This document shows positions 9,685 to 19,704 of a stretch of 64,000 nucleotides of DNA, one piece after another (position 1 is the stretch's first letter; each line of letters begins with the position of its first letter). Position numbers and translations under genes: made by a program. The notes under the pieces are model-generated. The model was not told the origin of the DNA. It worked only from the letters and a program-made list of their open reading frames with translations, and did not search any database. The DNA is taken from the NCBI GenBank assembly GCA_963774895.1, contig CAVZGN010000001.1, forward strand, positions 292,495-356,494, written 5' to 3'. The stretch comes from an uncultured Pseudomonadota bacterium. Its GTDB lineage: Bacteria > Pseudomonadota > Gammaproteobacteria > Natronospirales > REEB76.

Positions 9685-11256
9685 TTAAGCGAATATCATC
9701 CAACGACGTTGTTTAATCGCCTCGCATAGGTGGCGAAGTTCAAAATCCAGCGCACGATCTTCTTCTACATATGGAAATAACTGAAAAACTTCAGTTTGCA
9801 TGCCGTGTATTTCAGGGTTTAGAACATTAGCCGGGATCTCGCCTCGACGGCGGCGGATTTCAAGTGCCTGACAGGTAGCAGCTAAACATGCAGCCGCGAC
9901 TTGCTCTGTCAGATCCAGTACCCGAATGGCATCACGTGCCGAGATAGTACCCATGCTGACCTTGTCCTGATTGTGGCATTCAGTGGAGCGGGAGAATACG
10001 CTGGCGGGCATGGTTAGCTTGAGTGCCTCCGCGGTCCAGGCCGAGACCGCAATCTGCACTGCCTTGAAGCCGTGATTGAGGCTGGCACGCTCACCTTCAC
10101 TCGCAGAAAGGTTGCTGGGCAGGCCATTGTTGAACCGGGTATCCACCAGCAGGGCAAGCTGTCGGTCAAGCAGGTCGGCGATATTGGCGATAGCGTTCTT
10201 CATGCTGTCGGCTACAAATGCGATATGTCCGCCGTAGAAATGCCCGCCGTGATACACCTTACCCGACTCGGGATCGATGATCGGGTTATCGTTGGCGCTG
10301 TTCAATTCATTTTCGATGTCGCGACGCATCCAGCCGAGCGCATCTGCAAGCACTCCGATCACATGGGGTGCACAGCGGATCGAATAACGATCCTGGATGC
10401 GGGTGGAACTCTCGCTCTGCGAGGCGCGCACATCTTTATATATCCAGGCAGCGATCTGTTGTTGACCGCTATGTGGCTTGACCGCGAACAGCCCGGGTGC
10501 GAAATGTTCAGCATTACCACCCAAGGCGAGGCTGGCCATGGCAGTGATGCGAGCAGCCAGGCGTGACAGATATTCGGCCCGCTCCCAGGCCAGACAGGTG
10601 AGCGCGGTCATCACCGAAGTGCCGTTCATCAGGGCTAGGCTTTCCTTCGGTTTGAGGGTGATTGGTGGCAGTGAGTTAGCCTGCAATGCTTCGCTCGCGG
10701 AACATAGGCGTCCCTGGAAAAGTACCTGGCGCTCGCCCATCATGGCTGCCGCTACATACGAGAGCGGTGTCAGATCGCCGCTGGCCCCCACGGAGCCTTC
10801 CTCGGGAATCAGCGGTGCAATGCGATGCTGGATCAGCGCTTCCAGCTGCGTGAGAACCTGCATGCGCACGCCGGAAAATCCGCCAGCAAGTGAGTTCAAA
10901 CGCGTGGCCATAATGGCGAGCGTGGTTGGTTCATCGAAGTAGTTTCCCAACCCACAGCCGTGATAGCGCACCAGATGTGCTGGCAGTTGTTCCAGTACAT
11001 GGTCAGGAATCGATACGGTACAGGAATCACCATAGCCGGTGGTAACGCCGTAGATGGGGCGTCCCGCGGTGATGTATTCCGCTAACAATTCGGCGCCGCG
11101 ATCGATGCGCTTCCGGAAACTGCTACTGCGCTGCAATTCCAGCCGTGTTCCGCGGGCGACGGCGCCTACCTCATTCAGCGTTAGGTGTCGCCCACCGATG
11201 ACTACCAGATTCTCCGACGAGTATGTTGTTGTGTTGCGCATCGAGTTTGTTCTCAT
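9685..11256 (-). CDS. Aromatic amino acid ammonia-lyase (HAL/PAL/TAL family, MIO enzyme)
   Basis: MIO-forming GSVGASGDL, plus YGVTTGYG, QDRYSIRC, NDNP and HNQDKVSMG. Confidence 0.92.
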   Translation of the reverse strand: MRTNSMRNTTTYSSENLVVIGGRHLTLNEVGAVARGTRLELQRSSSFRKRIDRGAELLAEYITAGRPIYGVTTGYGDSCTVSIPDHVLEQLPAHLVRYHGCGLGNYFDEPTTLAIMATRLNSLAGGFSGVRMQVLTQLEALIQHRIAPLIPEEGSVGASGDLTPLSYVAAAMMGERQVLFQGRLCSASEALQANSLPPITLKPKESLALMNGTSVMTALTCLAWERAEYLSRLAARITAMASLALGGNAEHFAPGLFAVKPHSGQQQIAAWIYKDVRASQSESSTRIQDRYSIRCAPHVIGVLADALGWMRRDIENELNSANDNPIIDPESGKVYHGGHFYGGHIAFVADSMKNAIANIADLLDRQLALLVDTRFNNGLPSNLSASEGERASLNHGFKAVQIAVSAWTAEALKLTMPASVFSRSTECHNQDKVSMGTISARDAIRVLDLTEQVAAACLAATCQALEIRRRRGEIPANVLNPEIHGMQTEVFQLFPYVEEDRALDFELRHLCEAIKQRRWMIFA

Positions 11257-12925
11257 CCAAGGTGTTTGATTCAGAGATTACCGGGGTCATGGATTTGGCC
11301 CAGAAATCGTAGAAGTTGTACCACTGTAATGGAAAACGGGTGGCGTAGTGCGCCAGGCGTTGAGCGTAGCGGGAAGCCCACATCGAAGCGGCCTCAGTTC
11401 GTTGCTGGCGCGGTAGCTGGATGCGTTCAGCGAACGGCTCCAGGTAGATGCGATAGCCACGACCTTCGCGTACACACATAAACAGGTATACCGGGCATTC
11501 GAGCACGTGCGCCAGCATATACGGGCCGATTGCGAACCGTGCCGGACGTCCCAGGAATTCCGCCTCGACTACCGGGCTGTGTTCTGAAACCGGGATACGG
11601 TCGCCCACGGTTACCACCACTTCTCCGGCATCTATCTTTTCACGCAGCATGACCGCCGTATCCGGACCGATTTCCTGGACATGGATCAGCCGCAGGCCGT
11701 ATTCCTGGCTGGTCTCGGCCAACATGGCATTCACTTTGCGTGCGTTATTGGTATACATCAAGGCATTCACGCGCAGGCTTGGAATGAGTGTCGATAACGC
11801 GCGCGCCAGTTTGAGGTTACCAAGATGTGCGCTCAACAACAGTACCCCATGTCCACGTGCTACTGCCGTGGTCAAGAGCTGCTTTTCAGGAAAATCAATC
11901 TTGATGCGCGATGGATCGGACCAGGCCAACACCATGTCCAAGATCGAAATCGAGAACTGGGTGAAATGCGTGAAACTGACACGCATTTTTCTCGAGCGTC
12001 CGGCTGCAATCAGGAATTGTCGTGAAGCACGGCGTGCCTGCGGGTGGGTCAGAAAAAAATATGCATTCACCGGAAACAGGATCGCGAGACTCATATACCG
12101 GCCGAAGACGCGATCTATAAAGCCTATGAACCGCAGGCCATTTAGACTTCCGCGCTCATCGATTTGTGCCCAGTGTTGCCGCCGGTTACGCGTGAGGTTG
12201 CGATATATAAGTTTAGGGATACGCGGGAGCATGCCTAGAAACAAACGAACGTGCAGCCAGGTCATGCGCGCATTGTCCGATATCATCCGGAAATGCGAGG
12301 TTCCATCTTGCGGATAATGAACTTTGGTAGGCAGAAACCGACTTTCAGTTCCAGCCCAATACAAACGTGTCATGATATCGGTATCGAAGTCCATGCGCTT
12401 TCCGATAGACACGCATTTGCTCAGTTCCAAGGTTGGCGCTATCGGATATACACGGAAGCCGCACATGCTGTCGCGAAGCTGCAGTGACAATGTATCAAGG
12501 TAGATAAGCACATGCGTGAGATAGCGACCATAGAAACGCGCCGCAGGTATCGAATCGTCAAATACCGGGTCGCCAGAAACCAAATGCAGCGGATACTTCC
12601 GGGCAAGCCCACACATAGCCGGAATATCGTCCAAATTGTGTTGGCCATCGGCATCAATCTGTAAAGCATGTGTGAAACCTTGTTCTGCGGCACGTGCGAT
12701 GCCGGCAACCACGGCCGCGCCCTTGCCTGTGTTTTCAGGCAACGTCAGACATTCGATCTGCGGATCGCGCTCGGTGATTTGTCGGATCGCGTGCTTTGTG
12801 GTTGCGTCACTGCCGTCGTCCACTAGGATGCAAGGCAACTGATTGATGCGTAATGCAATTACGATCCTCTCCAGGCAGATGTGATGATTAAATATTGGGA
12901 TTACTGCACAGGCTTTGAATTTCAT
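11171..12925 (-). CDS. Fused GT2 glycosyltransferase / lipid A-type acyltransferase (ApeJ-like)
   Basis: N-terminal VDDGS, GKGAAV, QIDADGQH and DSMCGFRVY. C-terminal AHLGN, GDR and PLQWYNFYDFW. Confidence 0.88.
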   Translation of the reverse strand: MKFKACAVIPIFNHHICLERIVIALRINQLPCILVDDGSDATTKHAIRQITERDPQIECLTLPENTGKGAAVVAGIARAAEQGFTHALQIDADGQHNLDDIPAMCGLARKYPLHLVSGDPVFDDSIPAARFYGRYLTHVLIYLDTLSLQLRDSMCGFRVYPIAPTLELSKCVSIGKRMDFDTDIMTRLYWAGTESRFLPTKVHYPQDGTSHFRMISDNARMTWLHVRLFLGMLPRIPKLIYRNLTRNRRQHWAQIDERGSLNGLRFIGFIDRVFGRYMSLAILFPVNAYFFLTHPQARRASRQFLIAAGRSRKMRVSFTHFTQFSISILDMVLAWSDPSRIKIDFPEKQLLTTAVARGHGVLLLSAHLGNLKLARALSTLIPSLRVNALMYTNNARKVNAMLAETSQEYGLRLIHVQEIGPDTAVMLREKIDAGEVVVTVGDRIPVSEHSPVVEAEFLGRPARFAIGPYMLAHVLECPVYLFMCVREGRGYRIYLEPFAERIQLPRQQRTEAASMWASRYAQRLAHYATRFPLQWYNFYDFWAKSMTPVISESNTLDENKLDAQHNNILVGESGSHRWATPNAE

Positions 12926-13272
12926 TCTGTTGCCTCGTAATACAGTTTTCCGCTGGAATATATATGCTCAGCATTACGGTACTCATAGCTTAGTTTCTTG
13001 CGTTCGACGTCCGCTGTCAGATGTAGCGTCAATTGTGTATTTGGGAGAATAGGCCGTTTGAATTTAATCTGTTCGAGCGTACCCACGCTGGTATTTATCC
13101 TGTAGATCTCACCCGCAAAATGCACTGCCCATCCAATCTGGACCACACCAGGCAGGATCGGCTGATTCGGGAAATGACCCTCGAACCACGGGTTATCTGG
13201 AGTAACTAATAGGTCCACCTCACAGTGCATGTTGTGATACCGCTGCGCAATGATCACTGGCAATCCCGTCAT
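12922..13272 (-). CDS. FabZ-like dehydratase (ApeI-like)
   Basis: Motifs WFEGHFPNQPILPGVVQIGW and IKFKRPILP. Confidence 0.87.
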   Translation of the reverse strand: MTGLPVIIAQRYHNMHCEVDLLVTPDNPWFEGHFPNQPILPGVVQIGWAVHFAGEIYRINTSVGTLEQIKFKRPILPNTQLTLHLTADVERKKLSYEYRNAEHIYSSGKLYYEATE

Positions 13273-14633
13273 GGTAGAGGCTCAAAAAGCTGTTGCAGAC
13301 GTTGATGACCGACTTTCCCCATATCGGTTTCAGGTAGCGTGTCAATAAAACGCCACTTGCGGGGAATCATAACGGGTTCATAACTGGTACGTAACCAGGT
13401 GCGAAGTGCATCACGGATTTCGGTCTTACCGGATGTCGTCAGCGTGGCTTGACCTTGCGCATTCAGCACCACTACCGCGCCGATTAGTGCACGGCGCCCC
13501 TCGATCAGCAACAGGCGCACATCCTGCACCCAAGGATGTGTCATAAGATACGCTCGCATCTCAGTAAGCGAGATGCGCTTATCTGCAAATTTGATCACAT
13601 CATCAGCACGACCCAGGAGCACGAATTTTCCGTGGTCGCTACTGCGTGCGAGATCACCGGTGGCCACCCAATCACCCAACCAGGTATTGCCGGAGCGCAC
13701 CCAGAGTCTGTTACCCGCGGATTCTTCCCGCAATGAAATCTCCACGCCTTGGATAGGCTGCCATGGCCGACGATTCTGCGGCCCTGACCACGTACGCCAA
13801 GCGATTCCGCCCGTTTCAGTACTCCCATACACTTCGATGACCGCACGCCCCCAGCCCCGCGCAAGCATGCTGGCGGTATTATCCGCGAGTGGCGCACCCG
13901 AGCTGAATATGGCAGGTACTTGTGAAGGATTCGGCAGCTCAGTAGGGTTGTCTATCCGGCTAAGAAATGTCGGGCTACTGACGATCGCGCACCTGATGCG
14001 TGCAGCCGCCGCACGTAATGACGCGGGATTCAGACACACGCTGGATTGGAAAGGACGTTCTGACAGGATTGGCCACAAAATCCTGAAAAGCAGGCCATAC
14101 AGGTGATAGTGTGGAACCGTTCCTGCAATAACTGCTTGCCCAATTTGTTCACCCCACTCATATTCCAATGTTTCCACTTCATGGCGCAATTGTGCGAATG
14201 TCTTGGGTACACATTTGGGTGTACCGGTGGAACCCGAAGTATTAAATTCGATACATGCTGAATCTTCCGGTATAACAGGAATAGCAGATGAGGAGACTAC
14301 ATCTGCACACATGGTTATAAGTTCGAAACCTGGGCATGGTTCGTGCCTATCGCTGAGGATGGCATCGACTCGCGTTTTGAAAGTATTCAGGCTGCCAGCC
14401 AGTGGTGCTTGTGGCAGGACCATGACGCGCCGGCTATTGGCGAGTGCAAACAAACCGATAGCAAACCAGGCGCTGTCTTCACATATCAGGGCCCAGCGTT
14501 GAGCGGGATGCTGTGTGATAATTTTAGTAAGCCCATTCACACGCCGCCAGAAAGTTGTGCGATCTAACACAGTGCCGGTTTGCAGTGCCACGATGTCATG
14601 AAGCGCACTGGATTTATAAATCCTGGCATTCAT
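13269..14633 (-). CDS. AMP-binding acyl/aryl-ACP ligase (ApeH-like)
   Basis: Motifs TSGSTGTPK, YGSTETGG, TGDL, GRADD and MGKV. ATGA overlap with the upstream gene. Confidence 0.9.
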   Translation of the reverse strand: MNARIYKSSALHDIVALQTGTVLDRTTFWRRVNGLTKIITQHPAQRWALICEDSAWFAIGLFALANSRRVMVLPQAPLAGSLNTFKTRVDAILSDRHEPCPGFELITMCADVVSSSAIPVIPEDSACIEFNTSGSTGTPKCVPKTFAQLRHEVETLEYEWGEQIGQAVIAGTVPHYHLYGLLFRILWPILSERPFQSSVCLNPASLRAAAARIRCAIVSSPTFLSRIDNPTELPNPSQVPAIFSSGAPLADNTASMLARGWGRAVIEVYGSTETGGIAWRTWSGPQNRRPWQPIQGVEISLREESAGNRLWVRSGNTWLGDWVATGDLARSSDHGKFVLLGRADDVIKFADKRISLTEMRAYLMTHPWVQDVRLLLIEGRRALIGAVVVLNAQGQATLTTSGKTEIRDALRTWLRTSYEPVMIPRKWRFIDTLPETDMGKVGHQRLQQLFEPLP

Positions 14634-15211
14634 GCTGCGACCCACTTGCGGCGCAGGTATGTGCGTACTATATATTCACACACGAATACCCCGCCGAACA
14701 GGAAGTAAACAATCACGCCATTATAGAGAGACCATGCCTCAAAGGATGTGCCGATAGCTGTATACAACGACACCAACGCGTTGCAGAGCAGCACGCCACA
14801 CCAAATCCAGGTTAGGTGACGGGTATATATGATGCCCTGCGGTGGTAATTCGTGATGTTCCATGCGGGCTAAGCGTTCGGCAAGCGGCATGCGGGTGAAC
14901 AGTGAGCCGAAGAAGAACGCGAACACCAGCAAGGTGAGCAGCATGGGGTACAGGCGTAAATACATCAGTTTTATATTGGGCATCAGTAACGGTACTACAA
15001 GCGCCGCAACCAGTATGATCGCAGCCAGACATATACTCCAGAAACGCATCGTCTGATTTATCCATGCGGCGACCAGCAGGCGGGCAGCCAACAACAACAA
15101 CAATCCGGCCATAAGCACGCTAGGCGACAGATAATCGTCAGCAAAATAGATGGCAACCGGATAAATGAGCAGCGCGCCAACTACAATCAGTTTTATTGGA
15201 GTAAGTGTCAT
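14630..15211 (-). CDS. Membrane protein (ApeG-like)
   Basis: Multi-TM protein with LRLYP, FGSL..P.AERLAR, YTR.LT..W and W.LYNG...Y motifs. Confidence 0.8.
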   Translation of the reverse strand: MTLTPIKLIVVGALLIYPVAIYFADDYLSPSVLMAGLLLLLAARLLVAAWINQTMRFWSICLAAIILVAALVVPLLMPNIKLMYLRLYPMLLTLLVFAFFFGSLFTRMPLAERLARMEHHELPPQGIIYTRHLTWIWCGVLLCNALVSLYTAIGTSFEAWSLYNGVIVYFLFGGVFVCEYIVRTYLRRKWVAA

Positions 15212-15344
15212 TTGCAGGCCGCCGGCGGCTGCCCTGTGCCTGTTCGCACTTCCCATATAGCGCTGACCGGTTCATGCTTCACTTGCTCACCAGAGATGTT
15301 CTTGATTTGATTCGGGGCTAAGGTGGAGGCCACGCAGTCGCTAT

Positions 15345-15605
15345 TCAAGCTTTCTGTTGTGACTGAATAAACTTGGCCAAGTTTTCCACCGAATAAAAAT
15401 GCTGACGAGTGTTGGCCGAATTCGCGTCCAGCTTAATCTGGTACCGTTTCTGTATAGCGACACCCAATTCGAGTGCATCGATAGAATCGAGCCCCAAGCC
15501 GTCACCGAACAATGGAGCTTGCGCGTCGATATCGTCGGGCGTGATCTCTTCAAGATCAAGCGTATCGATGATGAGCAGTTTCAGTTCTTGGATTAGGGTA
15601 TTCAT
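15345..15605 (-). CDS. Acyl carrier protein (ApeE-like)
   Basis: PLFGDGLGLDSIDALEL contains the phosphopantetheine attachment Ser. Confidence 0.92.
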   Translation of the reverse strand: MNTLIQELKLLIIDTLDLEEITPDDIDAQAPLFGDGLGLDSIDALELGVAIQKRYQIKLDANSANTRQHFYSVENLAKFIQSQQKA

Positions 15606-16383
15606 GATTGGCGAGCTGCTGTTTAAAGAAATCTTCCAATGCACGTGTGAGGTGACGTGCTGCAACACCATTAGGCGAATCACTGGGGTATTCCAGAGCC
15701 GCGAGCATTTGCGGCGGATAGGCCTTTATTAGTAGCCGCCAGGGCCGGTTAGGCACCTGGTACCACTGAGTATTTTTGATCAGCGCGGGTGGTGAACAAT
15801 GAATCACTAACGGAAATATCTTGCAGTGACTGCGCACGGCGACCTGTGCTGCACCACGTTTGAAATGCAATGGCTCACCGGGAATTGAGCGGGTACCGGC
15901 TGGAAATACGATGAGTGTATGACCGTTCCGCATCGAATTGACGCAAATATCGATAAGGCTAACCGAGTCTCCATTGCTGATGTAGCCTGCGGCCTTAGCG
16001 AAATAACGTGTGAACGGATTGCGCATGGTTGAGCTTTTTACCACACAATCCGCCATGGGGAGCAATGAGATCAGGGCGACTGCATCCAGATACATAGGAT
16101 GGGTCGCCACTACCAGCTTACCTCGTGCCTGTGCCAGCCATTCTTGGCCCTCTACTTCGACCCAACCGAGCCTGAGCATTGCGATTGATGCGAGTAAGGC
16201 ACGGAAGGAGTAACTGATAAATATCCGGATACGTTGCTGGCGTTTAATAGGAGCAGCAGGCCATAGCAGCAAAGCCGGTAGCACTGTGAAATTGGCGACA
16301 ACACTACAAATGCCGAACCCGGCAAAACATAAACCAGTACCAAGGGCACGCCAATAGGTGTAGAGTTTAGCCAGCACCAGCAC
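15556..16383 (-). CDS. Lysophospholipid acyltransferase, PlsC family (ApeD-like)
   Basis: HX4D motif (THPMYLD), DCVVK, FPAGTRS and FKRGAA. Confidence 0.85.
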   Translation of the reverse strand: MLVLAKLYTYWRALGTGLCFAGFGICSVVANFTVLPALLLWPAAPIKRQQRIRIFISYSFRALLASIAMLRLGWVEVEGQEWLAQARGKLVVATHPMYLDAVALISLLPMADCVVKSSTMRNPFTRYFAKAAGYISNGDSVSLIDICVNSMRNGHTLIVFPAGTRSIPGEPLHFKRGAAQVAVRSHCKIFPLVIHCSPPALIKNTQWYQVPNRPWRLLIKAYPPQMLAALEYPSDSPNGVAARHLTRALEDFFKQQLANHEYPNPRTETAHHRYA

Positions 16384-17113
16384 GCTCCAGCTGCCACGTT
16401 TGATCGATGCCCAAGACTACTTGGGGGGTATCCTCGATCAAGAAGCGGATCAGAGCATCCCCCGAAGATTGCTGCTGTGTGATTGGTCCTGTATGCCGCC
16501 CCAGGCGACAACGCAAAGCCGAACCAACTGCCGGGGTTAGCAACAGCGAGATAGCGATGGGCAGACGAGCACTCTCGGAGATATATGTGCGATATATTTC
16601 TGGCACTGAGTCGTCTGCATAAGTGACCAACACGTGTTTATTACCTTCCGCAATCATATTCGCACCTTCCAGTATGCTTAAGCCCAGGGTATCGGGACCA
16701 GCCGCCATGGCTGTAGCTGCACTCCTGTCGCCACGTGCGATTGCAAACAAGCCCGCGACACTGTTGTGGACTGACAAGGTAAATTGGGTTGGCGACAAAG
16801 TGTCTTCATTGGCCAGCGCGGTCATCAGCTCAACAGTTCGATTCAGGACTCCATGCCGCGAAGCGAATATATACCTAACCTCATCCAGTCCCTCGGCGCA
16901 CGGCCAAGCTGTGTGTAGCGCCATGCGTCCAAACCGATCAAGGCGGCGACGCAATAATCCTGGCAGAAAGCTTACGTCCAGTCGATCATCGGGCGAAGGC
17001 GGCAACTTCCCTTTAAGCCAACTGCGCCAATCCTGCACATCAAGAATCCCCGGCGCCCAAGCCCGCCAACGGGCTATTCCAAAATATCCAGTAAAGTCAG
17101 GAGTGGGGCCCAC
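16367..17113 (-). CDS. Beta-ketoacyl synthase chain-length factor (ApeC-like)
   Basis: Motifs LRRRL, FASRHG and LSPTQFTLSVHNS. Truncated KS fold without the catalytic triad. Confidence 0.88.
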   Translation of the reverse strand: MGPTPDFTGYFGIARWRAWAPGILDVQDWRSWLKGKLPPSPDDRLDVSFLPGLLRRRLDRFGRMALHTAWPCAEGLDEVRYIFASRHGVLNRTVELMTALANEDTLSPTQFTLSVHNSVAGLFAIARGDRSAATAMAAGPDTLGLSILEGANMIAEGNKHVLVTYADDSVPEIYRTYISESARLPIAISLLLTPAVGSALRCRLGRHTGPITQQQSSGDALIRFLIEDTPQVVLGIDQTWQLERAGAG

Positions 17114-17261
17114 TTTTATATTAAAGCCAAATACCCATTTTCATTATACTTACCTACATAGCTCGAGCGACTAGTGCTATCAATGCATTCTAATGGCGGT
17201 GTTTTGTGACTCGCAAGACAAAACCTGCCTTTCCCCAATGATTCGGCGTGTTTCCGCCATG

Positions 17262-17951
17262 TTATCCCAGTTCTGCCGTACCCCGCACAACGCCCTGGCT
17301 CGGAAGTATTTGTAGAAATAGCATGCTTACGCACAACCCCAAGGCCGCTCCGGACACAAGATCAATCGCCAGATGTTGTTTGGTGGCTAAGGTGGAATAG
17401 GCAATCAGTACGCACCAACATATATTGATCACGCGTAGAATCCAGGGAGTGCGCATTTGCTTGAGCATGCGGTGCAACCAGACCCCGGTGAGCACCCCGA
17501 AAGCCACGTGTAATGAGGGACACGCATTTCCAGAAGCATCCACCGATTTAAGAAAGGCGACGGAGGGGTACTGGGCCCAATCTATACCTAACTTGGGTAC
17601 GACTGTCGGCCAGAAAAAGAATATGGCAAATCCGGCCAGGCTCAGGACCGTTACCGCGCCGAAATAGGGTGCCAGCTCTTGCCAACTGCAGATAAGCAAC
17701 GGCACCAGTGAGATATATAGCCATAAGGAGGCATAGAACACGATGCACCATGGCTGGAAACTGATCAAACGATCAAGGCCGATTTCCGGTATTACAGTGA
17801 CTGGATACATCGGGTGTTTGAGTAGCCAAAAATAGCCCATCAAAAATAATGTCATGTAGGCAGTTACACCGAGCATTTTGAGTAGCCAATGGGTTTCAAT
17901 CCTGAAAACGGCCTGCCTTAACCAGCTTGTTTGTTGGGAGATTACAGTCAT
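17262..17951 (-). CDS. PAP2-superfamily membrane phosphatase/phosphotransferase (Aur1/Ipt1-like)
   Basis: Multi-TM protein with catalytic motifs NACPSLHVA and STLATKQHLAID. Confidence 0.8.
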   Translation of the reverse strand: MTVISQQTSWLRQAVFRIETHWLLKMLGVTAYMTLFLMGYFWLLKHPMYPVTVIPEIGLDRLISFQPWCIVFYASLWLYISLVPLLICSWQELAPYFGAVTVLSLAGFAIFFFWPTVVPKLGIDWAQYPSVAFLKSVDASGNACPSLHVAFGVLTGVWLHRMLKQMRTPWILRVINICWCVLIAYSTLATKQHLAIDLVSGAALGLCVSMLFLQILPSQGVVRGTAELG

Positions 17952-18311
17952 ACTAAATTAGCCGGTACCTTCGTCTATGAAGTTCAAACGATCAAATTGC
18001 CAGCCCGGCTCGCCCGTGTCGAGTAAAATTACCGGCAATCCTCCGTTAGGCATTCTGACAATATTGTCTAGTGAAGTCTTGCCGCCAGGCTCTTCCCTGG
18101 TAGGCAGCCAGAGGGGTAACGAGCTTTTTAGACATGCTAAATTTATTAGTAGTGTAAAGTGGCAGGGGGTATAGGGCATGGCAGAACCTGTATTTTGATC
18201 ATGAATTTTATCCAAAAAACTATCAGATTAAATTACAAACAGTATTCTACACATGGTTGAAAAGGTCAGCATCTTAAGAGGCCATTGCTCAGTAGTATTA
18301 TGGGGCATGAT

Positions 18312-19658
18312 ATGAGCCATACGCAGATAGCGTTCTCACAGGAAGAGCATTGCGATGTGTTAGTAATTGGCGGGGGGCCTGGCGGCAGCACTGCCGCAAC
18401 CCTACTAGCGCGGCGCGGCCACCATGTGATATTGCTCGAAAAAACGCATCATCCACGCTTCCACATTGGCGAATCACTGTTGCCGATGAATCTGCCGATG
18501 TATGAGCGTCTGGGGGTGCTGGAAAAAATCCGAGCTATGGGTGTATGCAAACACGGTGCCGATTTTGAGGCAGACAATGACCGTGGTTACAAGACTTATC
18601 CTTTCGCCCGTGCGCTGGGTAACAGTCCGCCGTATGCTTTCCAGGTGTGGCGTCAGGATTTTGACAAGATGCTGTTTGAGCATGCGCATGAGAACGGCGC
18701 AGATGCACGCCAAGGCGCCGAAGTCGTGGCCGTGGAACAGCGTGGCGCACGCGAAACTCACGTCGAGGTGCGCACTGAAGATGGCGGCACCTATCATGTA
18801 CAGACCCGCTACCTGCTGGATGCCAGTGGCCGTGATGCTTTCCTGGCCAGCAAGAAAAAAATCCGCCACAAGAACCCGCAACACCAGAGCGCAGCAATCT
18901 TCGCTCACTTCCGCAATGCTGAGTATCGCCCTGGCAATGACGCCGGTAACATCAGTCTCTATAACTTCGAATATGGCTGGATGTGGATGATCCCATTGCC
19001 TAATGGGGTCATGAGCGTCGGCGCGGTTTGCCGCCCGGATTATCTCAAGCAACGCCGCGGACGCACTCGCGAATTTCTTTACGAGACTCTCAAGCTTAAT
19101 CCTGCATTGTGGAAGCGAGTGCAAAGCGCGCAGCTCATTGGTGATGAAGTGCGCGTTACCGGCAATTACTCCTACGATTCAAGCACCATCGGTGGCCCCG
19201 GTTGGATGCTTGTCGGCGACGCTTTCGCATTCCTGGATCCCGTGTTTTCTTCCGGTGTGTATCTGGCCACCTGTGGCGCGGAGCAAACCGCGGCGATTGT
19301 GGACGCGGTTTTATATGATCCATCCCAGGAAATTCGCATGCAACAGCGGCTGGAAAAACGCCTGCGCAAAGGAATGCGCCGATTTGCTTTCTTCATCTAC
19401 CGGTTCAATTCGCCGGTAATGCGATATTTGTTCAAGCATCCGCGTAACACTTGGAAGGTCGAACAGGGCGTGATCTCGATGCTGGCGGGTGACCTGTTCG
19501 ATTCACGGCCGGTGTGGTGGCGGCTGCAACTGTTCCGTGTCATCTACTACATCGGTGCGCTTTTTAACTTGCGCCGCTGGTACGCAGAGCATCGCTATCG
19601 ACTGGCGCAAGCGAAAACGAATTTCAGCAGTGGTACTACGTCGGTAGATCCCGAATAA
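18312..19658 (+). CDS. Flavin-dependent halogenase (phenolic/carrier-tethered type, xanthomonadin halogenase-like)
   Basis: Motifs GGGPGG, PRFHIGESLLP, a conserved Lys in VCKHGA, WMWMIP (WxWxIP) and GDAFAFLDPVFSSGV. Confidence 0.8.
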   Translation: MSHTQIAFSQEEHCDVLVIGGGPGGSTAATLLARRGHHVILLEKTHHPRFHIGESLLPMNLPMYERLGVLEKIRAMGVCKHGADFEADNDRGYKTYPFARALGNSPPYAFQVWRQDFDKMLFEHAHENGADARQGAEVVAVEQRGARETHVEVRTEDGGTYHVQTRYLLDASGRDAFLASKKKIRHKNPQHQSAAIFAHFRNAEYRPGNDAGNISLYNFEYGWMWMIPLPNGVMSVGAVCRPDYLKQRRGRTREFLYETLKLNPALWKRVQSAQLIGDEVRVTGNYSYDSSTIGGPGWMLVGDAFAFLDPVFSSGVYLATCGAEQTAAIVDAVLYDPSQEIRMQQRLEKRLRKGMRRFAFFIYRFNSPVMRYLFKHPRNTWKVEQGVISMLAGDLFDSRPVWWRLQLFRVIYYIGALFNLRRWYAEHRYRLAQAKTNFSSGTTSVDPE

Positions 19659-19704
19659 ATGCAGGCGGGATTGCTTGGGAGAAAGAGTAGCTCATTTGTT
19701 ATTT

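Noticed and set aside
9685-11256. hutH (histidine utilisation) assignment
   Set aside because: No other hut genes are present, the gene overlaps PKS cluster genes, and the specificity loop reads RYHGCG rather than the HAL-type SH.
17143-17148. Perfect TATAAT on the minus strand upstream of the CLF gene
   Set aside because: There is no -35 or extended -10 at the proper spacing, and a lone hexamer in AT-rich DNA is insufficient.
18097-18124. JUMPStart/ops-like sequence CTGGTAGGCAGCCAGAGGGGTAACG upstream of the halogenase arm
   Set aside because: The ops core GGCGGTAG is not intact and the site is about 190 nt from the start codon, so it is too degenerate to call.
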